Source: a virus. Taken from it: a DNA stretch of 64,000 nt. Numbering within the stretch: position 1 is the first letter of the stretch; every line of letters starts with the position of its first letter. Shown here piece after piece: positions 1-10,837 of this stretch. The notes below the pieces were generated by a model. The model was given only the letters and a program-made list of their open reading frames with translations, searched no databases and was not told the origin of the DNA. The DNA is taken from positions 1-64,000 of the IMG/VR virus record IMGVR_UViG_3300037247_001602; one strand, given 5' to 3'. Made by a program: the position numbers and the translations under genes.

Positions 1-1
1 C

Positions 2-691
2 GCATTACCGGCGGAGATAGAACAATATTTTGCTGACGATCCGGAAGGATTCCGTATAGACCTGCAGACCACAGTCGATGATCTGGATGCGATCACTGAT
101 TTCTCGATCGTTCTCTTCGTAGCGCAAGGCCAAATATTCATCGACGCCGTTCGCCGGAAACTGGTCGTTCCAGTATCACAAACCGAAATAGAAGCATTCG
201 CTACCGCCGTAGAGGTCGAAATTGCCGGCGCGGATATCTTTGTCTCTTCGGTTACTACAATACTGGATGCACACGTGTCGCCAAGCGATGATACAAGCAC
301 TCTAGGTACAAATCTAGTCGCCTCTTTCGAAAATATCGGCGCGGATCGAGCAGCTCAGGTCCTGCAAAATAGCGACTTCTCCCAATTCTTTACTTTGACA
401 GCCGAAACTTCATCCTTCACGGGAGCGCTGCTAAATATATTGAACGAGACAATCCGGTGTCTTTTGCAACAACCCGGAATCCTTCGAACTGGCCTTGAGG
501 CTTTGCGGCAAGCACAGCAATCCATTTTGAATGTGAAACGAGCAGAGGAACTGTTAGCCGTCACATTTGGACAATTTAGGGACAATGCCATCGATGCGGT
601 GATCGGGTTTGATCTCCCGCAAATCCAGCAGTTGGATGCTGCAATCCGAAGGGCAGCGGATCTTCTACTTGGCGGTCCCTGTGATATATAG
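2..691 (+). CDS. Hypothetical virion/baseplate-region protein, 5'-truncated by window edge
   Basis: The frame of ORF 275..691 is open back to position 2; lies directly upstream of baseplate genes. Confidence 0.6.
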   Translation, partial: ALPAEIEQYFADDPEGFRIDLQTTVDDLDAITDFSIVLFVAQGQIFIDAVRRKLVVPVSQTEIEAFATAVEVEIAGADIFVSSVTTILDAHVSPSDDTSTLGTNLVASFENIGADRAAQVLQNSDFSQFFTLTAETSSFTGALLNILNETIRCLLQQPGILRTGLEALRQAQQSILNVKRAEELLAVTFGQFRDNAIDAVIGFDLPQIQQLDAAIRRAADLLLGGPCDI

Positions 692-702
692 GAAGCAAAA
701 AC

Positions 703-1128
703 GTGGGTAAAGACATAAGGGCCGTAGTGCCGAACGAATTTGATTTCCTTCGGCCAACCAGTACAAATACACCCTTGTCCGTTACTGGAGTGGACAAGTT
801 GATCCAGATTGTTACGATGGAGCTTCTCAGCAGCCCTGGACGGGACATTTTCAATCTGCCCGGCGGGGGCGGTCTCCGGGAAGTGTTGCCAACAGGAGCG
901 CAACAAAAGACAGAAACTGGCGTATTGTCAGATCTGTCGATAGCGATCATGCGAATCGAGGAGAATATCAAGGCGAGGCAAAACGAGGAGGAAATTGATC
1001 CGAAAGCGCGTCTCGCCAGTTTGACTCTATTGGACGTTCAGTTCGATCAACCCAACGCAACATGGAATGTAACAGTTAGATTAACTTCGGAATCTGGCGC
1101 GGAATCAGATATTCCGTTAATCTTGTAA
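703..1128 (+). CDS. Baseplate wedge / sheath initiator, gp25-like
   Basis: 141 aa; LLSSPG...GGGL and DPKARL resemble gp25/GPW family; immediately before baseplate J. Confidence 0.65.
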   Translation: MGKDIRAVVPNEFDFLRPTSTNTPLSVTGVDKLIQIVTMELLSSPGRDIFNLPGGGGLREVLPTGAQQKTETGVLSDLSIAIMRIEENIKARQNEEEIDPKARLASLTLLDVQFDQPNATWNVTVRLTSESGAESDIPLIL

Positions 1129-1138
1129 GGAACTCATC

Positions 1139-3091
1139 ATGGCGCGCTTCGATCTACCCGTTGAAGATTTCATCGTAACAAAGTTGCGGGAGAACTTTCC
1201 TGATTTTGATCTCAGGGAAACTACAGCTTTTCGCGATATGCTTATAAAGCCAATGGCTCTTCTGATGCAGCCCCTCAGGGACCAGACGAATATCATCAAA
1301 AGAAATCTTTCCCTTGATAATTTTTCCTTGATGCTTGAAGATGAATTTGACGCGCTCGTTAGTAATATATTCGTTTCGCGTAGATCTGGAGACAAGGCAA
1401 CAGGAAGCGTCCGCGTCCTCTTTGATGCACCACGCGATGTGGTTATTACTCTGGATGTTACATTCCTTACCGAAGACGGTGTAGCGTTTATTCCTCAAGA
1501 AGCCGTTGTATCTACTGCCGAAGACATGCGGCTGAATGTCGAAGGCCTGTTCTTTTTCGTCGATGTTCCAGTAATTGCGGAGGAGGCAGGAGTTTCCGGT
1601 AGTGTTGCCGCAGGCACGATCATATTCGCTGAAGGCGCTCCCGATGGTGTCGTCCAAGTCAATAACTCCAATGCGCTTACTGGCGGGATCGACACCGAGA
1701 CGAATACGCAGTTATTTGCTAGAGCCGAGACTTCAATTACGGTACGAGACCTGGTAACCCAAAGGAGTATTCTCGCAGTCCTCCTGGAGGAATTCACCTC
1801 TGTGAGAGAAGCCATTGTTATAGGATTCGATGATGCTGAGATGCTTCGGGACATTACGCCAATCCTGGTTGATCTGGGAGAAGTGATTGGAGAGCAGAGC
1901 ACAGGCGAAACGACAGCCGGAACAACATTCATCGATACAACGCAAGATTTCGTGACAGCACTTGTAGCCCCAGGCCATGAACTGATCATTCTGACTGGTG
2001 CCGATGCCGGAACCCATATCATCCAGTCTGTAAGTCCCACTGCCATGAGCGTTACCGTAACCTTCACTACGGCAGCTACAGGCCTAGATTATCGCATTCG
2101 CGGGTTTGCAATTAAAGAGGATCTTCACATTGGCGGTAAAGTCGATGTATATCATGACACGACGACTCTGAAGGAATCAGAAGTCACAATCTCACCGATT
2201 GAGGAAACTGACGGAGAGGGTATTGTCAAAGTAAATCGCGCCATCAAAGATGGCGATGTATTGGAAGGTGGAGATACTCTAACAGTAACTGATCTCGATT
2301 TTCTGGATGAACTTGTTGTTGACACTGATCAGATCGAGATTTTGGAAGGAGCAAATAAGGGGATCTTCGATATACAGACCGGGACCGTTACGAGAAAAAC
2401 CGTCGATCTTGAACAGACGGCAATACCTGCTAGTTTCACCGCAGATGACAATATTAGATTCAGGATTCTTAGGCACTATTACGATAGCGATGTCCCGTTT
2501 GAACTACCTGTTATTCGACCCACTAAAGTTATCAGGTTGAATCCGGTCACTTTCGAAGAGGAGGGCTCGGAACTGATTGAAGGCTCTGACTTCTTCATTA
2601 GAGTGAATGATGATGGGTTGAGATTTTCAAGTATTGAGGATATAGAATTCGTATTCGAGCATCCTACGTTCACGGGAACGGTAATAAAGATTGAGTATAC
2701 GACAGACGATGCGATCCCAGCGATTCAAGCATTCATGGAAGATAGTCTTAATCGCGTCGTGACAGCCAGCATCGTTGCTAAGAGATCGCTGCCAGCCTTC
2801 GTAGATATGACGATTGAATATAAGGGCTCTCCTGAGCCGGAAGACCTTCAGCAAATTGTTGAAGACTTCATTGATACTGTTCCATTCGGAGAGACCCTGC
2901 AACAATCGGATCTTGTGGCCCTTATTTACTCATTTAGTGTGAACTTCGTCGTGATATCATTTACAATGACAGCGACGCTATCTAATGTTGATGGAACTAT
3001 TGAGACGATCACAAGCAGCAATGAGATTTCCGTGCCGCGAACAGCGCACTTTATCGCTGATGATATTACATTGACAAAACTCGGAGCATAA
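1139..3091 (+). CDS. Baseplate J-like wedge protein
   Basis: RRSGDKATGSV, VIAEEAGVSGSV, VNNSNALTGGIDTETNTQLFAR are typical baseplate J motifs. Confidence 0.85.
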   Translation: MARFDLPVEDFIVTKLRENFPDFDLRETTAFRDMLIKPMALLMQPLRDQTNIIKRNLSLDNFSLMLEDEFDALVSNIFVSRRSGDKATGSVRVLFDAPRDVVITLDVTFLTEDGVAFIPQEAVVSTAEDMRLNVEGLFFFVDVPVIAEEAGVSGSVAAGTIIFAEGAPDGVVQVNNSNALTGGIDTETNTQLFARAETSITVRDLVTQRSILAVLLEEFTSVREAIVIGFDDAEMLRDITPILVDLGEVIGEQSTGETTAGTTFIDTTQDFVTALVAPGHELIILTGADAGTHIIQSVSPTAMSVTVTFTTAATGLDYRIRGFAIKEDLHIGGKVDVYHDTTTLKESEVTISPIEETDGEGIVKVNRAIKDGDVLEGGDTLTVTDLDFLDELVVDTDQIEILEGANKGIFDIQTGTVTRKTVDLEQTAIPASFTADDNIRFRILRHYYDSDVPFELPVIRPTKVIRLNPVTFEEEGSELIEGSDFFIRVNDDGLRFSSIEDIEFVFEHPTFTGTVIKIEYTTDDAIPAIQAFMEDSLNRVVTASIVAKRSLPAFVDMTIEYKGSPEPEDLQQIVEDFIDTVPFGETLQQSDLVALIYSFSVNFVVISFTMTATLSNVDGTIETITSSNEISVPRTAHFIADDITLTKLGA

Positions 3092-3092
3092 T

Positions 3093-5360
3093 GTGGCCAT
3101 CGAAACATTAAAACTAGATCAAGAACAGATCTTCAAGGTTATTCGTGACTTCTGGGACAGATACAAACAGAGAGATATTCTGGGAAAATTCTGGGAAGCA
3201 TCGGCACAAGTTCTCGATAACGAATATTTACAGATTATACAGGCCAACCAATCCAAATCGGTCATCAATGTGCCGGTGAATTGGCATTACCAATGGTTAC
3301 CCTTCACTTTTGTCAACGTTCCGTCGCCAAGCGTGGCGCATGACCATTTCTTTTTCGCGTTCACGGCTACTGGAGGAGAAACTAGCGTTCCTCTTCCTGG
3401 CGCCACAGATGCGCAACAGGTTGCCGTATATCTGAATGGGATATACTTGACGGATTCTCCTGATCTTCTCGGAATCGACTATTCATTCGTCGAATCGACT
3501 CAAACTGTTGTATTCGATGATTCGTTAGATACAGGGGACGAGGTCTTCATTTCATGGCATGAGGTCGGAGATTCCATTGATCGACCTCATAATAATCTGT
3601 TCTTCGAAGAGCAGTTAACGGCGCCGAAGTCAGTGTGGACAGATAGTGCTGGAGATGCCTTCGATCCCGCCGGACAAGGAACCTATGACTCGGGATCGAC
3701 AACAGATCCAATCGAGGTATACGTCAATGGTCTATTGCAACCAGCATCAGCATATACGGAAACCAGTGATACGGTCCTGACTCTTAGTGTTACGCTTGCA
3801 GCCGACGATATTATGGCGTTACGCTGGAGAAGGGCGAATGCAAGCGCAGATTCGCACGCCCACCTACGATTTACAAAGATTGTCAGTGAAGTAGCAGATT
3901 TCGTAGATTTGCCATTTATCATCGATCCATCCGTGCGGGAGGAATTCTTCTTCCTGAATGGAATCCTCCAGGTGAGAGGAGTCGATTACACGCCATTTGC
4001 TACTAGGCTTGTTCTTTCTACGGGTAGCCAATTTGATCCTGATGATATTATCGAGTTGGAAGTATTTGGCGTTCCCTTCACATGCCAATGCGATATTGAT
4101 TCAGATATTATCAGCATCCCTATTCTGCAAAATGGAATCGATGAGTCTTCATCAAATCCTCCCACAATCATGCTTAGAGAGGGAATCGACTATACGATCG
4201 TCACCAATTCAGACGGGACAAAGTCGATCTTGGCCCAGCAGGTCCTCGACGGCGTGTTCTGGGCTCCGGACGTATTTGCCAATGAGCGAGTAGTGGAGAA
4301 TAATTTTGGGAAGCCAATAAATTTCATTCGGACAAATAGTGAGCCGTACCGAGCCGCCTGTCAAGGCTTGTGGTTTGCATATTGGAATGGGCCATCGATC
4401 ACAGTAATTGAAGATTCAGCCAAGATTCTTCTTGGTCTTCCCTTTGCGCGGACAGATACAACGGTAACCTCGGTTACAGAGAATCCGGATGGAAGCTTTA
4501 CAATTATCTTGGCTGATGGGACTGAGAATTTAGTTCCGATAGGATTACAGCCAACAGTCAATGCGGGAGACGCTGTAGAGGATTTTGCTTCTTTATCTAC
4601 AGGAGTTGAAGTTCTCGACGCAGGAATAGATCCATTCTGGTTTCAGCGCATACCCAATCTGGGGGCGCTATTGGCATCATTTACATTCGATGAGCGTCAG
4701 GTATTTGCCCCCTTCGATGATGGGGGATCATGGGATGATGGGGGAACCCTTGATGACTTTGGAACTCTTGCTGAGATTGCGGCCAGGAACAGAAAATTAT
4801 TCGATGCGCTTAAGCATTTCGTATTCTTAGTCGATGTTGATGGCGTGGCGTTGAATCAGGCGATACAAATCGGACAGGAAGCCGGAAATATCGCCAGCGC
4901 TGTTACCGATCTCATATTCTTCTTGGATAGCATCAAGCCAGCATATACACGATATCTTCTTTTCGTCGAGGTTTTGTTTGAGGATCAGTACCAATTTCCT
5001 ATCACGGATGAGGTTACGCTTGATCTTGGATTGCTCACTGTGGAATCTTGCAATTTCGATGATGGCGGATTCTTCGACGCTGATGGGCCGGCCAATCTCT
5101 TTGTCGCTACTGCCGGACAGACAGTCTTTGATCTCAATCCCACTTTCCCCTATACGGTAGGAGGAGGAGATCTCAAGGTATTCGTGGATGGCGTTCTGAA
5201 ATCAACGCCTGGCGACTATGCTGAGACGAACTCTGTCACTGTGACTTTCGGCACTCCACTGACTGGAGGAGAGCAAGTCGTCATCTACGAGGATGACTCC
5301 GCGAGTGTACCATTTGACTTCCTGTGTCCGAGGGATGAGGTAACACTACTCCTGGCATAG
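3093..5360 (+). CDS. Baseplate wedge / tail protein with repeated beta-sandwich domains
   Basis: Follows baseplate J; IKPAYT (gpI/gp7-like); repeated VYxNG..DY units. Confidence 0.6.
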   Translation: MAIETLKLDQEQIFKVIRDFWDRYKQRDILGKFWEASAQVLDNEYLQIIQANQSKSVINVPVNWHYQWLPFTFVNVPSPSVAHDHFFFAFTATGGETSVPLPGATDAQQVAVYLNGIYLTDSPDLLGIDYSFVESTQTVVFDDSLDTGDEVFISWHEVGDSIDRPHNNLFFEEQLTAPKSVWTDSAGDAFDPAGQGTYDSGSTTDPIEVYVNGLLQPASAYTETSDTVLTLSVTLAADDIMALRWRRANASADSHAHLRFTKIVSEVADFVDLPFIIDPSVREEFFFLNGILQVRGVDYTPFATRLVLSTGSQFDPDDIIELEVFGVPFTCQCDIDSDIISIPILQNGIDESSSNPPTIMLREGIDYTIVTNSDGTKSILAQQVLDGVFWAPDVFANERVVENNFGKPINFIRTNSEPYRAACQGLWFAYWNGPSITVIEDSAKILLGLPFARTDTTVTSVTENPDGSFTIILADGTENLVPIGLQPTVNAGDAVEDFASLSTGVEVLDAGIDPFWFQRIPNLGALLASFTFDERQVFAPFDDGGSWDDGGTLDDFGTLAEIAARNRKLFDALKHFVFLVDVDGVALNQAIQIGQEAGNIASAVTDLIFFLDSIKPAYTRYLLFVEVLFEDQYQFPITDEVTLDLGLLTVESCNFDDGGFFDADGPANLFVATAGQTVFDLNPTFPYTVGGGDLKVFVDGVLKSTPGDYAETNSVTVTFGTPLTGGEQVVIYEDDSASVPFDFLCPRDEVTLLLA

Positions 5361-5393
5361 AGTTAGCCGGCATGACAAATGTAGCACAAATAC

Positions 5394-5421
5394 TTGACGA
5401 ATGGAGTAAGTCCTATATAAT
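5394..5421 (+). promoter_or_regulatory. Sigma70-like promoter TTGACG-16-TATAAT
   Basis: Intergenic, upstream of AGGAG RBS and ORF 5442. Confidence 0.6.
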
Positions 5422-5441
5422 GGGCTGATTAGGAGACACAA

Positions 5442-5915
5442 ATGTTACTGTCAGAATTAGTACGGCGTGCGCGAGGGGAAGTGACGCTGGAACTCAGGGA
5501 TAGCCATGACATTATCATAGCTCGCCGCCATTGCAATCTTACCGTTAATCAACTGAGAGAGCGGCTCGCTGACTGGGCGAGTCAGGATTTCGCCCAGAAG
5601 ATAGACGAAATTGCCATTGGGAGCGGAGGGCATGATCCTGGTGATCCCAATATCCCAATCCCTCCAACAGAATCCGACACGGGTTTGGATGTTCAGGAAT
5701 CTATTAAAACTGTCACATCAGTTACCCAACCGGATTCTTTTAGTGCGCAATTCTCTGTAGACTTTACCACAGCAGATGTTTCCGATCCAACATCTATAAC
5801 TGAGGCCGGTCTCTTTACAGATCCTGGGACGATCATGGTTGCCCGCGTAACATTCCCTGAACTGATCATTACAGGAATACTGACTCTTACGGTGACCTGG
5901 AAACTAATCTTCTAG
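5442..5915 (+). CDS. Tail-fibre attachment / collar-type protein
   Basis: IAIGSG and ITEAGLF motifs like tail-fibre N-terminal domains. Confidence 0.6.
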   Translation: MLLSELVRRARGEVTLELRDSHDIIIARRHCNLTVNQLRERLADWASQDFAQKIDEIAIGSGGHDPGDPNIPIPPTESDTGLDVQESIKTVTSVTQPDSFSAQFSVDFTTADVSDPTSITEAGLFTDPGTIMVARVTFPELIITGILTLTVTWKLIF

Positions 5916-5925
5916 AGGCATAGAG

Positions 5926-7761
5926 ATGACCCAAATCAGGACATGGGATTTTGGCGAAGATCGCAGTACTGCGATCTTAAATCGACACTTCGCCAGGCTG
6001 ATACCCAAAGGAATCTACCTCGGGTTCGGGGTAACCACAAATGTGCCCGGCCTATTCCTGAATATCGAAGAGGGAATTATTATTACAGGAGAAGGTGTCA
6101 AGATTGAGGAAGATGCCGATCTCCCCAATATTGTTCAAGTTGATCCTGGCGATTCTCTTATCCGGATCGATCTGGTTGTACTACAGCATAAATTCGTCCC
6201 GACAAATGATCCGGCCACATATTCGATAATCAAAGGCACTCCGGGTGGAGGCGCACCTTCGTTACCGCCAGATTTTCCAACGGGAACCGTATTTACACAA
6301 CTGCTCGCCACAATTACAGTTCCCGCATTCGCCACGGACATTGTTCCGGGTGATGTATCGCTGGAACCTACGACCAATATTAGCTTAACTACCGTGCCTT
6401 TTGCCACACTATCGGATATTAGCACCACAGAGTCAGACGCATTCAATGCAATGAAAAATCCGAGTTCACTAAACCCAGTAGCCACTATCGATGATCTCAG
6501 TGCGGGATTCCTCAAGCCAACTGAAAGCTCTACCCCTAATGCCAATGTCAATTTCAAGGGTGGAAGACTTTGGGATAGGAGAGTCATTACTTTTACGGAT
6601 GTATCAGATCAGGCTATCGCCATACTTGCCCCTACTGCAAACCCAAGAATTGATTTGCTAAGTATAAATCCAGATACTGGAATATTCACAAAAACCGTAG
6701 GGGTGGAGGCCGCTACTCCAGTACCACCTGACCTACCACCTGGGGCTCTCGGATATATCCCGGTTGCCCATGTCTTGGCTGACGAAATCGGTGGTCCTGT
6801 TGTAGTGACCACTGCCGATATAACTGATGTTCGTCCGTTCGCCCATGTAAGGACTCCGGAACTGTTCGATCTTCCAGATATGGATGCAGACATTAAAGAT
6901 GCAATAACCGGCGCCGCCGCTCCTGATTCCACAAATGTATTTGCAACGGCTGCTGATATTACTACTGCGGTAGCTCCGCTTGGGGCTCCATTTGTAATGT
7001 CGCGCTTGAGAATGGAGACGGCGCTTCCGAGTACCATCCAGGTTACAGTATCTTCTGGTCTTCTCGCGACTACTCACAATAGTGGATTCACGATTTTAGA
7101 AACCATAAGACTAACTTCCCCTCTCACTGCCGTTGGGAGTGGTATAGGACCTGGCGCACTGGAAACATCGGGAGCATTCACTTCAGTAGCATGGTATCAC
7201 ATCTATCTGATTGCATCGTCCACACAGGCGGCATCTCCAGCGCTGGTCATTTCTTCTAGCGCTGCAGAACCAAATCTTGGAGCTGCCTCTTTCGATGATT
7301 ATGATATTTGGAGAAGATTGGGTGCTGCTAGAACTGATGATTCTTCAGCTATATTTCTGAAGGCATTTAATATAGCAGGGGAAACAAGATATAGAGACGG
7401 ACAGAACCGTTATACCTTTCCGGGAGATACTGCCTTTACAGACGATTTCCAGAATGCCTTTAACGTACTCAGCTTGGCAACTCGTGTTCCTCCAACATCA
7501 AATAGGGGAATTATACATGCAGTGATTAATCTATCCACTGCGGGAACCACTAGGATTATTTACTTTACCGACGGCGACGACACGCGAACGACAACTGGCG
7601 GAAAAGAGATAGTCCGAATCAGCCAAAACGATCACACGGTCTATAATAACTCAGAAGTTATTCAGCAACTGGATGATTCGCAGAGACTTAGAGTCCGATT
7701 TGAGGGTGCGATCCCTGAGGAAGTAATATTTGACACTCTGGGATATGTTGAGGACCTATAA
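5926..7761 (+). CDS. Tail fibre protein
   Basis: 611 aa; repeated RIDL modules, WYHIYLI..WRRLG segment; tail cluster. Confidence 0.6.
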   Translation: MTQIRTWDFGEDRSTAILNRHFARLIPKGIYLGFGVTTNVPGLFLNIEEGIIITGEGVKIEEDADLPNIVQVDPGDSLIRIDLVVLQHKFVPTNDPATYSIIKGTPGGGAPSLPPDFPTGTVFTQLLATITVPAFATDIVPGDVSLEPTTNISLTTVPFATLSDISTTESDAFNAMKNPSSLNPVATIDDLSAGFLKPTESSTPNANVNFKGGRLWDRRVITFTDVSDQAIAILAPTANPRIDLLSINPDTGIFTKTVGVEAATPVPPDLPPGALGYIPVAHVLADEIGGPVVVTTADITDVRPFAHVRTPELFDLPDMDADIKDAITGAAAPDSTNVFATAADITTAVAPLGAPFVMSRLRMETALPSTIQVTVSSGLLATTHNSGFTILETIRLTSPLTAVGSGIGPGALETSGAFTSVAWYHIYLIASSTQAASPALVISSSAAEPNLGAASFDDYDIWRRLGAARTDDSSAIFLKAFNIAGETRYRDGQNRYTFPGDTAFTDDFQNAFNVLSLATRVPPTSNRGIIHAVINLSTAGTTRIIYFTDGDDTRTTTGGKEIVRISQNDHTVYNNSEVIQQLDDSQRLRVRFEGAIPEEVIFDTLGYVEDL

Positions 7762-7763
7762 CA

Positions 7764-10268
7764 ATGGCTCAAACTCGAACCTTCGATTTCAACGCAGCAC
7801 GCACTTCGGCTCTGCAAAACCGGCAGATAGCGAAGATCCTACCGAAGGGCGTCTATGGTGGGTATAACGTTGAGATTGATACCGGGACTTTAGGTGCTGG
7901 AGATACGATCAAAGTCATAAGTTCACCATCTTCGACTTCTGAACTGATGACTAGAGAAGGCATTCGCGTTGCAGAGAGCGGGCCTGATCCTCTAGCGACT
8001 TTAAGCATTACGACGAGTGATCCGGGCGATCCGAGAATCGATCTCGTTGTTCAGCAGCATACTTTTGGCGTAAGCAACCCACCAGCAACATATGCGGTTG
8101 TTGCTGGAGCTCCAGCAGATCCTCCGCAATTGCCGACAGTACCAACCGACGCAGTAGTCCTGGCGGGGGTCTTTGTCGGCGCCAGCGAAACGACAATCAC
8201 CAACACTGAAATCCGCAATGAACAGAAGCTAAACTTCGATCAGCGTCTTCTAGCGTTAGGGTTTCCCGCTGTAGATGATCTAAGAGGCACTACAGGAAAT
8301 GCCCTTCAAGACATTCGTCTTACTGAGAGAATTGATGGGCAAGTAGTTCTTGTAAAAGACGACGATACAGATAGGCCTACTCTTTGGAGATATGATCCAA
8401 CAACGCAACCAATTCCGGTGTTACCAGGAGATCTTTCCCCGGTTGATGACAACACCGATCGCTACCAGAAGTTGTATAAAGAGAATATCTTTACCGCTAC
8501 TGTTGGCGATGTGGCAAACAGAGACGCAGAATACAAAACATTCGACGATGCAGTTCAAGCTGTTATTAACAGCGGTGCAAGAGCTGCCAGACTGTATCTT
8601 CTTGATGATGTTACTTTTTCCACTACTGATGCCCCCCTCAATATACCATTGCATATCATCGGACTGGGAACTCGTACGGAAATCGACTTCCAAACACTCG
8701 GTTTTACCATGACCCCACCGAGTATCAGCGGAGGCTCGGGAGCCCAGACGATGTTTTTAATGTTCGAAAACTGCAAAGTTACCAGATCCGTATCTGTGAG
8801 CAATCGTTGGACCGGCATCAATATGCATCTTACATTCAGAAACTGTCTCGTCGAAGATCTCGCTGGGGCTAGCGCAGTTCCATTCTTCGATTCCAATTTA
8901 GCCACCGGAAAACAAACCCTCATAATCGAGGATTCCCAGTTAGCGCCCCATGCAGATTCTAGTCTATTCAAGATGGGGGGAACGGGCTCCATAACAGAGG
9001 TTTTTATCAGAAATTCAAATGCTAGCTCACTAGATGCCGGTCGGTTCCTCGAACGATCTGTCGCAGGCGCTGGCCGTTTGGATATATTCTTAGAAGATCA
9101 CACTGTGATGCGTTCAAATGGCTGGACTGCCCCAGCAGGCGGCAATATAAATATTCATTATGATGGCACTTCGCTAGTTTCTGGAAACAGCGTAATACCC
9201 ACAGGGATTGCTGCAATTCGGGGCGAGGCCTTTTACAGCGCTAGATTTTCAGATATTGCAGGCCTGTTCGTGCACGAGGCGATCCGGTTTTTCTCGGGAA
9301 GCATATTGAACATCGCCGAAGGCACGCACATAATTGCGAGCGCATCAGCAACTACCATTTCAACGCCGAATAGGCTCATTCGGGGAGCAGGCAGAGAGGC
9401 AACGGTAATCAGGGTTACGATGCCAACATCTGGAGTCGCACTATATGAACTCGCCGAAGCCAACCTCGAATTTCAAGATCTTACAATCGAAGCGGTCTTC
9501 AATACCTTCAAAACCTCTGTGTTCCGCTGGTCCGCATCTCCTGCGAGTGGCGGGCTAAGGAATGTTGTAATAAAGGCAGAGGGCACGGGGGTATTAGAAA
9601 GCGCCTTTTTGACTGCCTTGACTCCAGCCGGCCCTTTCGTGTTCAAGGATATTCTTATTACAGGAACCGCAACGGCACGCTGGAGTGCTGGATTTCGATT
9701 CCTGGCGGCTCCTGCTGACGTGATAAAGACATACGCGGAAAACATAGAAATAGAAAATTGGGAAGATGTTGGAGCCGAAATAACTGGCGCGCATGTAAAA
9801 AGTATAAAGAGTCACATGGTTGACGCTGTGGCTTCTTCAAGGGGCCTGCTCATCGGGTTGGCGATTGCTAATGATTGCGAAGTAGATGCGAAAGGTGCCG
9901 GGAGTGCAATTGCCAGTTCGCAAGGAATCCGCGTGTCAAGCGGATGCCTTCTTCGAGGATGTAAAGTTCTAGCCCTCGATAGCTCAACACAAATAATCGA
10001 AGATGGCATAGTCGTCAACAGCGACCAAAATCAGATCCACGATTGCTATATTAATGAGTGCTCAGCAAATGGAATCGAGCTTACGGTAACAGCGGACAAC
10101 AATCTGATCGAAGTAGGCTTCATCTTTGATTGTACTAGATCTGCGATCGAAGATCTTAATGCTGGAGGAGAGAACGCCCTGACAGGAAACTACGCCAAGG
10201 CCAATGGGGTAATTCCGGGCGCTCAGATCAATGGGCCGAATCAGGCGGCGAATACGGTATTCGCTTAA
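7764..10268 (+). CDS. Tail fibre/spike with probable beta-helix C-terminus
   Basis: N-terminus paralogous to ORF 5926; C-terminal G/N/I-rich repeats (EGTH..LIRGAG, DGIVV..NQIHDC) typical of parallel beta-helix. Confidence 0.6.
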   Translation: MAQTRTFDFNAARTSALQNRQIAKILPKGVYGGYNVEIDTGTLGAGDTIKVISSPSSTSELMTREGIRVAESGPDPLATLSITTSDPGDPRIDLVVQQHTFGVSNPPATYAVVAGAPADPPQLPTVPTDAVVLAGVFVGASETTITNTEIRNEQKLNFDQRLLALGFPAVDDLRGTTGNALQDIRLTERIDGQVVLVKDDDTDRPTLWRYDPTTQPIPVLPGDLSPVDDNTDRYQKLYKENIFTATVGDVANRDAEYKTFDDAVQAVINSGARAARLYLLDDVTFSTTDAPLNIPLHIIGLGTRTEIDFQTLGFTMTPPSISGGSGAQTMFLMFENCKVTRSVSVSNRWTGINMHLTFRNCLVEDLAGASAVPFFDSNLATGKQTLIIEDSQLAPHADSSLFKMGGTGSITEVFIRNSNASSLDAGRFLERSVAGAGRLDIFLEDHTVMRSNGWTAPAGGNINIHYDGTSLVSGNSVIPTGIAAIRGEAFYSARFSDIAGLFVHEAIRFFSGSILNIAEGTHIIASASATTISTPNRLIRGAGREATVIRVTMPTSGVALYELAEANLEFQDLTIEAVFNTFKTSVFRWSASPASGGLRNVVIKAEGTGVLESAFLTALTPAGPFVFKDILITGTATARWSAGFRFLAAPADVIKTYAENIEIENWEDVGAEITGAHVKSIKSHMVDAVASSRGLLIGLAIANDCEVDAKGAGSAIASSQGIRVSSGCLLRGCKVLALDSSTQIIEDGIVVNSDQNQIHDCYINECSANGIELTVTADNNLIEVGFIFDCTRSAIEDLNAGGENALTGNYAKANGVIPGAQINGPNQAANTVFA

Positions 10269-10358
10269 CCTTAGGAGACTCGCTCTCATAAATCATTGGA
10301 CGAAGAGGCCGCCGTGTGCTATATAAGAGCCAGGAGAGCGGGAAAGGATTTATGCTAG

Positions 10359-10826
10359 ATGCTAGACTTAGTGATTCTTCTGGCTCAAGTAGGAGATCCT
10401 GCATCGCCAATAAACCCTCAAACAGTTCCTGGCGCTGTTCAAATCCCTACATGGTTAGTAATCACGGCCATCATAGGACTTGTAGCGGGGATCGTTTCGC
10501 TCTTCGGTATCTTGATGAAAGTTGCCAAAGATCACCAGAGATCCCATGAGAAAAAAGATGAAGAGCACGGGAAGACGCTAAAGGAAAAGGAAGAAGAACA
10601 TACAAAGCAGTTAGAAATTATTGTTGAAAAGCTCAAAGAGCAGCATAAGCTGGATGCTGGATTCTGGCAAAAGATAGCCGATAACAAGGATCAAGAACTC
10701 GCTAATTTAGGCGCCAAGCTGGACGATCGCCATAATGAGTCGATCATACTGATGAAGGAAACAGGCCAATCGCTTAAGATTGTCGATCTAGTCATCCAGG
10801 AGCTGAGGAAAACTCAGCGCGGCTGA
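10359..10826 (+). CDS. Membrane protein with coiled coil (holin/lysis-like)
   Basis: One TM segment (WLVITAIIGLVAGIVSLFGILM) then charged coiled coil. Confidence 0.45.
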   Translation: MLDLVILLAQVGDPASPINPQTVPGAVQIPTWLVITAIIGLVAGIVSLFGILMKVAKDHQRSHEKKDEEHGKTLKEKEEEHTKQLEIIVEKLKEQHKLDAGFWQKIADNKDQELANLGAKLDDRHNESIILMKETGQSLKIVDLVIQELRKTQRG

Positions 10827-10837
10827 GGAGCTTTCAA

